Source of the DNA: Chiloscyllium plagiosum
Lineage: Eukaryota
Length of the DNA: 64,000 bases
Reading direction: 5' to 3'
Assembly (NCBI RefSeq): GCF_004010195.1
Contig: NC_057719.1
Location: 78,973,678 to 79,037,677, forward strand
The notes below the pieces were generated by a model that did not search any database, was not told the DNA's origin, and saw nothing but the letters and a program-made list of their open reading frames with translations. This document shows positions 50,465 to 64,000 of this stretch, one piece after another. The position numbers and the translations under genes were made by a program. Each line of letters begins with the position of its first letter. Positions within the stretch are counted from its first letter, which is position 1.

Positions 50465-51667
50465 GTAAGACCCTATTAATGGTACAGTTACCGTACTCTA
50501 GTTAGGCATCTTCTACACATTGAAATCACATAGGTCCCTCACAGCAATGGCCCATCTGCCACTTGGGTGCCTGAAAAGTCCTTCCTGCTAAAACTGCACC
50601 TTTCCAAAATGGAATGGACTCTTCATTACCCAATTGAATCATTCTATTCTTTTGGTCTCAACCTTTTTTCCAGGTCCAATCTTTTAAATGAAAAAAAGAT
50701 TTCAAAGTTTGTTTTTCAAAATAATGTCTATTTACATTTACTCTGTCTCCTCATATCCAGTTTCATTGACATCTTAACGTTTTTTTTGTTAGAAGTGATG
50801 AGATGTCAAGGGTGTTGGTTGTGGCTTAGCAATTACACTCTTGCCTTTGACTTAGAAGATTTTATGATGATCACTCATAACACTTCAGTATTTTAGACAG
50901 CTTTTCCTTTTAATTTCAAAACGTGTTGTGTTTGAAAGGAGGACTGCGACAGGAATATTCAGTAACTGGCAAAATCTGTGTGAAGCTAATCGAATAGCAC
51001 ACTTGTAAATTGTCAGGGAAACTTCAAATAAGGAGAGACTTAGCAAGAACTAATGAGGGGATGGACTATCTCCCCTCTCTTTGCAGAGATTCAACTTTTG
51101 TTTTACCATCCAGGAATATACAAAAAGGATTAAAAAGCCAGTTTCAATTCTACTGGAGTGAGCTAGTGGGACTAAACACTACTGTGTGTACCAGACTAGA
51201 TGTAAGCATGTTAGTTCAAGCACTATCTCCTAGTTACCCTTATGTTGCAGGCAAAGACTCTCTGTAACTTTGACCACAGCAAACCAATTAAAAAGAACAA
51301 AGGACAGCAAAGGAATATCACCTTGAATGTTACAGCTCAGTCAGGATTGAAATGCAGCAGAACTACAGAAGCTCAACCTATCTGCAAAACCAAGTACCAT
51401 GAGACCAGTTGTTCACCAACCAATGTCAGTGCTATTGGTAACTTACACTGCAACAGCCATAATGTTCAACTACCTGCTCTTCATGAACAATTCAGTAACT
51501 GATCAGTGTCCTTTTTCTTTTAGCCATTTCTTTTGGACTCCCCTCTTACATTGGATCTGCGTATGTGTGTGCTGCGTTAGCATTTTTTACCACATATAAT
51601 AATTAATAAACACACACATTTTGTTATTTCAAGTTAAATTAGCTCCTTTTAAAGCATAAGCTCATTA

Positions 51668-51870
51668 AAGGAAGTGGTGGAGGCTGGTACTATTACAACA
51701 TTTAAAGGCATCTGGATGGGTACATGAATAGGAAGGGTTTAGAGAGATATGGCCAAATGCTGATAAATGGGACAAGATTAGGTTTGGATATCTGGTTGGC
51801 ATGGACGGGTTGGACTGATGGGTATGTTTCTGTGCTGTACATCTCCATGACTCTATGACTATGACTCTAT
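51668..51870 (+). mobile_element. CR1 LINE 3' tail
   Basis: GAAGTGGTGGAGGCTGGTAC...CTCTATGACTATGACTCTATG. Confidence 0.85.
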
Positions 51871-52565
51871 GGTGAGGGAGAAAGGTACAAACAAGGCAAT
51901 GGATCTTTTTTTAATGCAACCAATTGACGAGATGGGTGAATAAAGAAGAGGAGCCAGTTTGGGGTTCCTCATTTAGAGTTGTAATTAATTGGAGAACGTC
52001 ACCTGAAATCTGGTCATAGATCGTCAGTGATCTGTTGCAATAAATTAGGGGCTCATCCAGAATTAGAATTATAGAATCCCTACACTGTGGAAACAGGCTA
52101 TTTGGCCCAACAAGTCCACACTAACCCAAGTCGATAATTATCAGTTTGGAAAAAAGAAGGAAAGATACTGCAAAGTCTTTCATGGATTTGATTTGCTACG
52201 GTACAGAAATACCCTCATTGGATGTCACAGTATTCCTAGCCGAATTACTTTTGAGGATTTAAATGTCCTGTTCTTCATGCAGTTAAAGATTTGGTGTAGC
52301 ACTTACAGTTAGAAATTTACCTAAAACCAGAAAACCTCAAAATTTTAAAAGAGATGGCAAATGGTGGAAAGTGAGAAAGATTAAATGGATAGAGTGGTGG
52401 TAGAGTGGGTTTACTAATTACTAACCACAAGAAGAAATACTAACTCAACACATAGACACACAGATTAGAAACAAGAGGTGAATCTAAAGGGTGTCAGATT
52501 GATGAGATGATGTTCTCCCCTCAATGGCAGTAGGGACAGCAGCAGGCTGTATTACCACAGTATAA

Positions 52566-52805
<240 letters not shown>

Positions 52806-53277
52806 TAGCTGCAGTGAGTCAGTGACTTTCTTATATACCATACCATTGACACTGTGTGTAACAATCCTCCGTTAAGACAAATCTCTCTGTAAAGGCTTTG
52901 TTATTACCCAACCACAGATTGGCATCAACTCTACCATTACAAACCTACTTATACAGACATTTTGTTTTGTCTGATGTCGGTTCAGTGTAAAGTGATGGAT
53001 ACGTGGGTGATATCTTCAGAAATGCAATGGCCAATGGGTTCTAAATATTTCGAGAAGTTATCAGAGGCCGTCAGAAATGAACTCATGCCACTCAGCAGCT
53101 CATGAATAGGTTTTTTTTCCCTTAAAAGCGACTGCATAGCGAGAGTAATACAGGACCAAACCTGTTTGATATGGTCGGGTTAAAACCGCAGGTGGAAGAT
53201 TGGAAGTTTGAAAATCTCGAGTTGTTTCAACAGAATGTTCGAAGTTATGGTGTGATTGACAGCTTACATAAACTGTT

Positions 53278-53553
53278 CATCTTCCTTCCCACCTCTCCGC
53301 TCCACCCTCCCCTCCGACCTATCACCATTACCCCCACCTCCATCTACTATTGCACTCTTGTCGACCTTCCCCCCAGCCCCACCCCTCTCCCATTTATCTC
53401 TCCACCCCCTCAGCTCACAGTCTCATTCCTGATGAAGGGCTTTTGCCCAAAACATCGACTCCCCTGCTTCTCAGACGCTGCCCGACCTGCTCTGCTTTTC
53501 CAGCAACACACGTTCAACTCTAATCTCCAGCATCTGCAGTCCTCACTTTTGCC
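53278..53553 (+). mobile_element. Penelope 3' terminal fragment with decayed hammerhead and 18-bp flanking direct repeat
   Basis: C-rich 3' region, then CTGATGAAGGGCTTTTGCCCAAAAC; flanks CAGCTTACATAAACTGTT / CAGCTTGCATAGACTATT. Confidence 0.78.
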
Positions 53554-55211
53554 CAGCTTGCATAGACTATTAAAGGTTCATAAAAGAACAAAGTCCTTAA
53601 TCTTTACGAACAACAATAATTTCTAGGTCTGCCTACAGTTAAAAGTCTTCATTCAACATTCCTTAAACTTGAAGTCATTGCTCATTGCTTGGTAAATGTA
53701 AAGGCCGGATTTTCAGAGTCGGGCAAACTGCACAAAATGGTAAGCAGGACCCAGATACTGACCTTGCACCCATTTCTGATCCAGCAACTGGGTAGGTGTG
53801 ATTCACTCAGAAGGGTCATTTGCACTCAGTGCTGAGGGCATTACCCTATAGCGTGAGATTCATGAATATATGGAGTAGATGCAAACACTTTTGAAGAACT
53901 GATAGAGTCCACATGACCAGCATAGTCCAAAGTATTTTAAATTCCCCATGCTTTAAACTGAAGAGAAAAGGCTGTAGCTGTCAGTGTGAAATTTATTTTT
54001 TAAATCCCTCTGCTACTTTAATGACTGGCTCGGTTATAAAAAGCATAACATCTGATTGTGCAGATACATTAAAGATCTTTGTTGATTTTACCCCAAGGGA
54101 TATAATTATGTCATTATTGATTGCTTTGCTAAATTTCAAAATCTTCAGTTACTTCAGCAGAGTGTTCTGAGTTCATAGTTTGATTGACAATTTGAATAGA
54201 CTATTAAAGGATTAGGTGGATCTGCATAGAAGTTTGTTGTTTTTAAGCAAGTAATCACTTAAGGAGATTTAGCAGCTTTGAAGATGTTATATGAATTTGA
54301 GTCCTTTTTAGTACCTAGTGAGTGGAAGTGAGAGCTGTATTAGGATTGCTAGAATATTTTTTTCATCTCTACATTGATCTTGAGCTAATGGTGGGATCTG
54401 ATTGAGAGGCTAAGGAAGTGATGTGGATGAAATGGAGGGCAATGTCAATTGAGGTTGTGGAGCATGAGTTAACATTGAGCTGGGATGGAGAGAATGGGTC
54501 ATGGAGAAGTGAGGGCTGAAGGACCTAACATGGCCTAAGACAATTGGGACAAAATTGCAGAGAACAGAGGCAGGTCTTCTAACACCTTATTTCAGTACCT
54601 GCCCCACCCCATAGACACTTACTCTCTGCTTGAATGGGTCTGACTCGATCCAAATGAAAAATTGCATGTTTTGTGTTACTTTTAACTGAGGTGAGTCTGG
54701 CATGTCTGGAAATTTCTCTACTTGAGCTACCCACCTCAGTAGTCAAATCTGCTTGAAATTTCCACCCTCAGGCATGATGTTTTCACCTGTCACACTTAAC
54801 AGTTTTAAGCTAGGAGACATCCTACACAATGTCACTTGTGCATATGATAAGTTCAAACAGGCTGAATCTCCACTGTTTGGCAGGAGATTATGAGTGAGTA
54901 CAGCTCTCTGGTTGGACTGGCTCAGTGTTGGAAGCTGAGAAATGCTGGGGCAACTCACACCCTGATTTTCCATCCTCCACCAACTAGATTCCACCAGACC
55001 TTCCCAACCTAATGCCAGAGAAATAACCATTTACCTTATCTCTCCTTAGAATCTCCTTGCTCAGATGCCTTAAATGTTGGCCATAAGTCAATGAGAGCAC
55101 TTCCATTCCTGAGTCAGACCATTGTGGGTGAGTTTCACCCCATTAAGCCCTACACTCCCACAAATGCAGTTCTTTGAGTTAAACAAAGTCTTTTCAATTG
55201 GTTACAAATGA

Positions 55212-55490
<279 letters not shown>

Positions 55491-56014
55491 TGAGGAACTG
55501 GGGTCCATTACCCGCCTTGGACTGTCAAACTTATGCTGACTGCTTTCTTCCCATCTCAGGACATCTCAAAGTACCTGGCAGCCAATGAAGTGCAAAATGG
55601 GGTCACTGATATAATATAGGAAACACAACAGACCATTTGCAAACGGCAATATGATATCAGCCACATCATGTATTGTTGGATGAAGGTTAAATATTGTCCA
55701 GGACACCTGCCGTACTCTTCTCAAATATTGCTTTGGGAACTTTTATACCCACCTGACAGGGCAAGAGTAGTCCCAATTCAACAGCTTGTTGAACAGGAAG
55801 CACCCCATGTTGCAGCACGTACTCAATACTTCACTGAGAATACCAGTCTGGATCTTGCTTTCTGGAGTGGGAATTTAACTACAGTTTTCCTGATTGAGAG
55901 GAAAGAGCACTGCCCACTGAGCCACTTTGGAGCTAGTTGCAAATGCTTAGGCTATTGCTTGGAGATCTGAATAATTATAACAATTTCGACGTATCTGAAT
56001 CCCACATGGAGTTG

Positions 56015-56355
56015 CACGGTGGCTCTGTGGTTAGCATCACTGCCTCACAGTGCCAGGGACCTGGGTTCAATTCCACCCTCGGGCGATTGTCTGTGTGGAG
56101 TTTGCACGTTCTCCCCGTGCCTGTGTGGGTTTCCTCCGGGTGCTCTGGTTTCCTCCCATAATCCAAAGATGTGCTGATTAGGGTGGATTGGCCATACTAA
56201 ATTTCCCATAGTGTCCAGGGATATGTAGGGTAAATGGATTGGCCATGGGACATGGAGGGTTATGGGGGTGGGTGGAAGTGGATGGGGATGCTCTTTGAAG
56301 GGACAGTGTGGACTCGCTGGGCCCAACGGCCTGCTTCCACAATGTAGGGATTCTA
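56015..56355 (+). mobile_element. HE1-like SINE
   Basis: tRNA head GCACGGTGGCTC.GTGGTTAGCA, V-domain core and tail. Confidence 0.88.
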
Positions 56356-56428
56356 TCGAGCTTGGATTCTGTGGTGTAACGGGGACAAATTGAGCTGTGA
56401 AGAGATTAAACATTGTCTTTCTTTGTGA

Positions 56429-56548
<120 letters not shown>

Positions 56549-59299
56549 TGACAATGGGCAGGAAAGTCAAACTCCAATGTTTGTTCTCCATGTGCAATGA
56601 CTGTACAGAATTGAACTGCTTTAGTGACTATGTATGTGTACAAAGATATTTTTTAGGAGTAAAGTACTTTTTTTATATAATAAAAGGAAGGTGAGTGACA
56701 ACAGATTCATATGAAAGCCAAGGACACAGAGACAGTTGCAGAGTGTGGCAAGTTTTCATAGATGGATTCTCCTCATTGCAATGACTCAAAACTAAGTTTA
56801 AAGGTGAGACTCAGAGGTAATAGTCAAGGTTGTGCACAGGGTTTATACTCACGGTTAGAAGTTGGGATTGGCTTTAGAATAGGTTTAGGCATGAAGATTA
56901 GGATGGATAGAAGCTTAAGGTTAAAGTTAAGGGTACATTCAGCTCTTTTGCCAGGACAAGGTCTTGCTATTTCCAACAAGATTATTGAGCCACCCCATTA
57001 CTAAGTCAATGATATCCCTATTGGATCCAACCAGCTGTATAGCCAAAAACTTCTGTACAGTGAACTGAGTAAGGAATGACTGTCCCTCTGCCACAAGGAT
57101 ACTGCAAGCAAAATATAAAGCTGGCAGACATCAGCACTGACACTAGGAGACATCGCTGATGGGCATGACCTCTGGAGACTGACTGTTTGGTAGGGCATTG
57201 GAAAAAATGAAGAAAAATTAAATCCTAAACTGGTTGAGAAGAGGGCCCAGAGAAAACCAGAGCTTCTCCACTCATGGCTGGGTCAGATTGGGCTCCCTGA
57301 GCCACACCAGGTCACACTTGACAAAGAGTTGAGCATTCTAGCGCAAGCCATTATCTTGTGAGCTGGAAGGCTGACAAAGTAAGTAAGGTTAGGTTTAATG
57401 TTAGGATTACGGGTTAGGATTAGGGTTGGAAATTAGGGATATGGACTACTGAAGGTACTGATTGGGGATTAGGTGTCAATGAAGCTTGGACATTGGTGAA
57501 GAAGGGGCTGAGGTGCATCATCACCAGTGGAGGTGACATTACAATTTGAAACGCTTTCATTGCAATCTTGTGTATTTCCATTGACTGTTTGATTGCTGTT
57601 TCTATTTTTGTTTGAGTTAGCCCCTCGTCAGGAGCTGTGTAACTTCTTTAACGTTTATTAAGAAGAGTCGAGGTTTGGGGCAGGTCTAGAAGGGAATTGT
57701 CTGAATTGAAAATGAGCTGACAAATTGATCATTCATGCTTTCACACTGTATTGTCAAGCAGTCGGTAAGTCATTGCATTACATTGCCCGGACTCCAAATT
57801 CCAATGCTCATTAAATTCACTGACTGTCCATCTGAACTGGTTGTTCAGTCCTCAGCGCTTATACAATTTAAACAACTCAGTCCTCTCAATGGATGAGAAA
57901 TATGGGTTGTCCTGAAAGGACAAAATTAAATAAATGATGCGAGTCAGAAGCTGAACTTAGGTGGAGATTAATTTTGCTGTTGTCGTTGTTGAGAAGGATA
58001 GGAATGTTGAAATGTCTGCAGGAGAACAGGCTCAACATCCATCCTGTTCTCTACCAACCTGATGGCAGCTGGTTCAATGGTCGTTGAGTTGGTGACCAAT
58101 TGTGTCAATCATTCTCTGTTAATTAATTTTCAGTGCGCAAGAGGTGAGGAAAACCACAGAGGTGGGAAAGTTTTGAGGACTATAGATGCAATGTCATTTT
58201 CTTCCCGATGGAAAACTGAAACACCAATATTTGAGTCGCCCATCGAGACAGGCGCATGAGAGATATTTGGAAAAAGGTCAATGGTTAGGTCTTCCCACTG
58301 TTAGGCTTTTTGCCAACCCAGATATTCTACCTGTGACCAACGGCAGGTATGTAAATCCTGGGGTGGGTTTCTGGATACGTTTTGCCGTGATGTCACTGTC
58401 ACTGTTGGGTACATTCGCCAAAGACCCTGGGAACTGTAATTCTGCCAGTCAGAATTTAAGTGTTTCAGGTAAAATCTGCACGTGTGCAAATTCAGGACAT
58501 CCCTCTGGTTGTTTGTACTTGGCATTTGTTTTTGGCATCAGAAGATTCAGACCAATATTTTGACCTTCTTAAGGAAGAAGCTGTACATGCTTCTGACACG
58601 TCGGCAACTACAGAACTACCAAGACCAAAGACTGAAATGAGGAGCTTCCTGTAGACTGCAGACAAAGATATGCAGTTTCCACTCAACATCCAGCAAATCC
58701 CCATTGTGCTGTTCCATTGCAGTGTCAGTTAGTTGCCAGTAGAGGCTCTCAGAGAGCAATAGTGACTACAGCTTCAGTTGAGCTCAGGCAATACATATTT
58801 TTAGATATGTTTAGATTAGATTACGGTCTCTGGTGCTGTGAGGCAGCAGTGCTAACCACTGTGCCACCGTGCCGCCCACGGTTTTCATCAACCAGTTCAG
58901 ACATCTCATGGCGTACCTGTGGAGCAGATGGGACTTTATCTCTGGTCTCCTATCCCAGAGGTAGGACTGCACTACAAGAGCCCTGAAGGCAGTATATAAA
59001 TCTGCCTGTAGAGAGCATGCTCAAAGAGAACTTCCAATCATTGTGATACTAAATAGCTTTCTGAGCGCAATTTGTTTCCTACCCTATTGGCTAATCATTG
59101 GCATCAGCCAATATCTATTCAAAAGCATTTGGAAACAGATTGGAACTTTACAGAAAACAACAACAATTTGCATTTATGTACCAACTTTACAGCGGTATCA
59201 CATCCCAAATTACATCACAAATGTGTTTTTGACAATAAAGGATATCAGGGAAGGTGCCTGGAAGCTCAGCCCGAGAGATGCATCTTGAGGAATCTATCA

Positions 59300-59680
59300 T
59301 GCAAACCAGCCTCCCGGCCATTGAGTCCATCTATACTCCCTACTGCCTCGGGAAAGCAACCAACATAATCAAAGACCCCTCCCACCTCAACTACACTTCC
59401 TTCCACCCTCTTCCATTGGACAGAAGATGTAAACGTTTATATATACATACAAATACGTTTAAGAACGCCATCTTCCCTGCTGTAATCAAACTTTTGAATA
59501 GACCTCTTTAATGATAATCTCTCTCTGCACCTTCTTGGCAGCTGTAACACTGTATCCTAAACTCTGTTCTGTTACCCTGAAGTGCTTGTAGAGTACGATC
59601 TGCCTGTAAAGCATGTAAGACAATACTTTTCACTGTACCTTGGCACACGAGACACTCATAAGTCAAATCAAATCAAAATG
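59300..59680 (+). mobile_element. Rex1/Babar-type LINE 3' fragment
   Basis: LPAIESIYTPYCLGKATNIIKDPSH...FHPLPLDRR...FKNAIFPAVIKLLN; (AAATC)n tail. Confidence 0.75.
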
Positions 59681-59717
59681 GAATAGAGAGCGAAGAAAGG
59701 CAAAGGGGTTAATGGAG

Positions 59718-59878
59718 AACGGGAATCGACATTTCAGGCAAAGCCCTTCATCAGGATGAAAGGCCTTTGTCCGAAACGTCGATTTTCCTGCTCCTCAGGT
59801 GTTGCCTGACCTGCTGTGCTTTTCCAGCGCCAAACTCTGAACTCTGATCTCCAGCATCTGCAGTCCTCACTTTCTCCT
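59718..59878. mobile_element. Penelope-derived asymmetric inverted pair with hammerhead motifs
   Basis: Minus motif at 59727-59754 and plus motif at 59753-59782; 16-bp imperfect flanking direct repeat. Confidence 0.78.
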
Positions 59879-60676
59879 AAAGAGATTAATAGAGGCCATT
59901 CTGGAATTTAGATCCTGTTATCTTAAAGCACAGTCCAGCTGCTGGAAGACGGACAAGAAAGAGGCTGTTCAGAACTTTACCCAATATCTAGGGGCTGGAT
60001 TAAATGTTATGGGCAGGAGGTGTAGTGGGAAGCTGAGCAAGATGGTCTTTTTATGCAGTGAGCAGTAATGACGAGGAAATTACTATTTATGAAGGTGGTG
60101 CAACTGGAAACTGTCTGTGATTTCAAAAGGGAGTTGGATGGACACTGAAGGGAATTAAATCTCACAGGCTTTGGGGAGAGAGATGGAGGAGTGGGCCTGG
60201 TGAATTGTTTCATGAGAAGCTAGCAGGGGTTCAGTGGACCAGATGACCTTCACCTGTGCTGGAAATAATGTCATGATCAAAAGGTCATTGCCAAATCATG
60301 CCTGTCTTGACCCTGCAAAAGATCTCTGTAAAAGTTTCTTCTGACAAACCTAACGTGAAATGTTAACCCATTTGGGAAAGGCACAATTTTAACAAGAAAC
60401 AGTGAAACTGGAAGGTTATTAGGATCTAAGGAGCTGTCTAGCAGACCTATAAAGAGATATGTCGTAGTATATGATCCCTGTTTTCTGATGGTGAGGGCAA
60501 TGCATTTTCACACATTCTTTGGTTCTGTGTTGTGTGTGATTAAAATCCAAGATCCCTGATCATATACAGTCATACAGGCACAAAGGTGACTGTTTGGCCC
60601 ATCATGTCGTGCTGGCTCTTTGAAAGAACTGTATGACTCAGCCTTGCTCTTTCCCGGTAGCTGTTCTAACTCCTAA

Positions 60677-61195
<519 letters not shown>

Positions 61196-61427
61196 TCACA
61201 GGGAGCATTACTCTATATTTAAGCTGAACCATAGTGCCATGGAATAGATGGCATGAATGTTGCATAGCATCCATCAGCTTGCATGCTCAAAAGGAAAATT
61301 GAAGCCAAGAGTGAACACACATTATTTGTAAAGAGAATAGATTCTCAGACTAGTAACTCCGATGTACAGTATAGAAAAACCAGTCAATTTCAGCAGCAGT
61401 GTTCCAAGTCTGACTTATTTGCTGTGA

Positions 61428-61673
<246 letters not shown>

Positions 61674-61697
61674 TGAGTTATAGTCACTCTACGCCCT

Positions 61698-62470
61698 AGT
61701 GTGAGGGAGCTGGATTAACATTAGGAGAAATACACAGGGTGCTGGTGGAGGGGGGTTACTGAGTGAAGTGTGAAGGAGCTGGATTAACATCAGGAGAGAT
61801 CCAGTCAGTAACACAGGGTGATGGGGGAGAGGGGTTACTGAGTGACAGTGTGAGGGAGCTGGATTAACATCAGGAGAGATACAGTCAGTAACACAGGGTG
61901 TGGGGGAGAGGGGTTACTGAGTGACAGTGTGAGGGAGCTGGATTAACATCAGGAGAGATACAGTCATTAACACAAGGTGCTAGGGGAGAGGGGTTACCGA
62001 GTGACAGTGTGAGGGAGCTGGATTAACATCAGGAGAGATACAGTCAGTAATACAGGGTGCTGGGGGAGAGGGGTTACTGAGTGACTGTGTGAGGGAGCTG
62101 CATTAACATCAGAAGAGATAGAGTCAGTAACACAAAGTGCTCGGGGAAAGGGATTACTGAGTGACAATGTGAGGGAGCTGGATTAACATCAGGAGAGATA
62201 CAGTCAGTAACACAAGGTGCTGGGGGAGAGGGGTTACTGAGTGAGTGTGAGGGAACTGGATTAACATCAGGAGAGATACAGTCAGTAATACAGGGTGCTA
62301 GGGGAGAGGGGTTACTGAGTGACAGTGTGAGGGAGCTGGATTAACATCAGGAGCTGAGTGACAGTGTGAGGGAGCTGGATTAACATCAGGAGAGATACAG
62401 TCAGTAACACAAGGTGCTTGGGGAGAGGGGTTACTGAGTGACAGTGTGAAGGGGCTGGACTAACAGCAGT
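61698..62470. repeat. 80-bp-unit minisatellite, about 10 copies, filling most of intron 9
   Basis: Unit GAGGGAGCTGGATTAACATCAGGAGAGATACAGTCAGTAACACAGGGTGCTGGGGGAGAGGGGTTACTGAGTGACAGTGT recurs at about 80-bp spacing. Confidence 0.95.
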
Positions 62471-62536
62471 AAAGACACGGGGTATGGTTATAATGGGATT
62501 AAGATGGATAAATCACTGTAGATGTAATTATTTTAG

Positions 62537-62662
<126 letters not shown>

Positions 62663-62844
62663 TAAGTCAGGATGGGCTAAAACACATTCCTTGCTCAGAT
62701 AATTAATACACATATAATATACAAAATTCATATGGAACCTCTAGAACCTTCAGCATGATGGCATAACTTTGTGACATCAACAGTGTTAACTAATTAGCAC
62801 CAAACCAGAAAAATAGTACCATATTCTGGTACCAGTGGAAATGA

Positions 62845-63060
<216 letters not shown>

Positions 63061-63717
63061 TAGGTACTGGCTGGAGAACTAAAGGAGTAACCAAGCAATG
63101 GTTGGGTGGCAATGATGAGACTACAACATATTGAAGGCAGTGCCCGTGTCATCGGAGTTGGACACTTGGGCCAGTCCCCAATGCTCCCTGACTCTCACAT
63201 CGAAGTTTTTGTTGTACATGTTTTTGCTCCTAACGCCATCTGATTTTCAAACACTATGTCACTTTGTGAGACATAGAATGCTGGTGACATATATTACTAA
63301 GCTGCCATCTCTTCTCTCTGCTCACAGTATTGGCCCTCGCTGGCTAAATCAATGAGTGTGGAAAATAAATGGGTGCAATAGTCTGCCATTTAGTATTTAT
63401 TTATTAATTCATGGGAAATGAGCTTCACTGGCTGGGTCAGAATTTATTGCTCATCCCTAACTGTCCACGAGAAGATGGTGATGAGCCATCTTGTTGAACT
63501 GCTGCAGCCTCAGTGTGTGGGGACAGCCACTGTGGCGTTGGGGAGGATTTTGACCCAGTGACAGGGAAGTAGTTCCAAGTCATGTGATTGGCTTGGAGGG
63601 GAACTTGCAAGTGCTGGTGTTCCCATGTACCTGCTCCTCAGAAGCCAGTACATCACATCTCTCAGGCAGAACATTGTGAGTTCACATCCCATTCCAGAGA
63701 TCCAAGCCCACCATTAT

Positions 63718-64000
63718 AGAGTCAGAGAGATGTTACAGCACGGAAACAGACCCGTCGGTCCAATGAGTCCTAAATTAATCTCGTCCGATTTGTCAACATC
63801 TGGGCCATTTTCCTCTAACCCTTTCTTATTCATGTTCCCATCCAGATGTCTATTAAATGCTGTAATTGTACCAGCTTCCACCACTTCCTCTGGCAGCTCA
63901 TTCCATACACGTACCACTCTGCATGGAAAAGTTGCCCCTTAAATCACTTTTAAATGTTGCCCTTTCATCTTAAACCTTTACCCTCTAGTTTTGCACTCCT
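63718..64000 (-). mobile_element. CR1 LINE 3' fragment running off the window
   Basis: Minus ORF VRVWNELPEEVVEAGTITAFNRHLD. Confidence 0.88.

Noticed and set aside
61698..62470. CRISPR-like array
   Set aside because: No unique spacers, whole units repeat, eukaryotic intron, no cas genes.
63328..63347. Terminal CLEC18A exon after the acceptor-like ctcacag
   Set aside because: In the required phase it reads ILALAG*, unlike the recalled CLEC18 C-terminus (EHISRW-like). The true last exon is probably outside the window, though this cannot be excluded without RNA data.

Overview
Eukaryotic, repeat-dense genomic DNA, most likely from a shark: it carries HE1-like and Deu-domain SINEs, CR1 LINEs and Penelope-like elements, plus three N-gaps. 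One host gene is present. It is a CLEC18A orthologue (signal peptide, CAP/SCP, two EGF, C-type lectin) on the + strand, with 11 coding exons from 25884 to 63031. All introns are GT-AG and the spliced frame is open for 433 codons; the last exon probably lies beyond the window. Positions 1-3915 hold a decayed, rearranged fish-type (epsilon/gamma-like) endogenous retrovirus. It has an inverted gag fragment, a 2H-phosphoesterase-like remnant, an RT-to-integrase deletion junction, a pseudogenised env and a 3' LTR, and further LTR-like elements follow it. The most striking non-genic structure is a family of Penelope-derived terminal repeats carrying minimal hammerhead-ribozyme motifs (CTGATGA-A-GGGCTTTTGCCC-GAAAC-GTC). 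They often form head-to-head hairpins and are flanked by 13-18 bp direct repeats. One pair encloses a copy of nearby DNA. All calls are by eye, repeat boundaries are approximate, and no database search was run.
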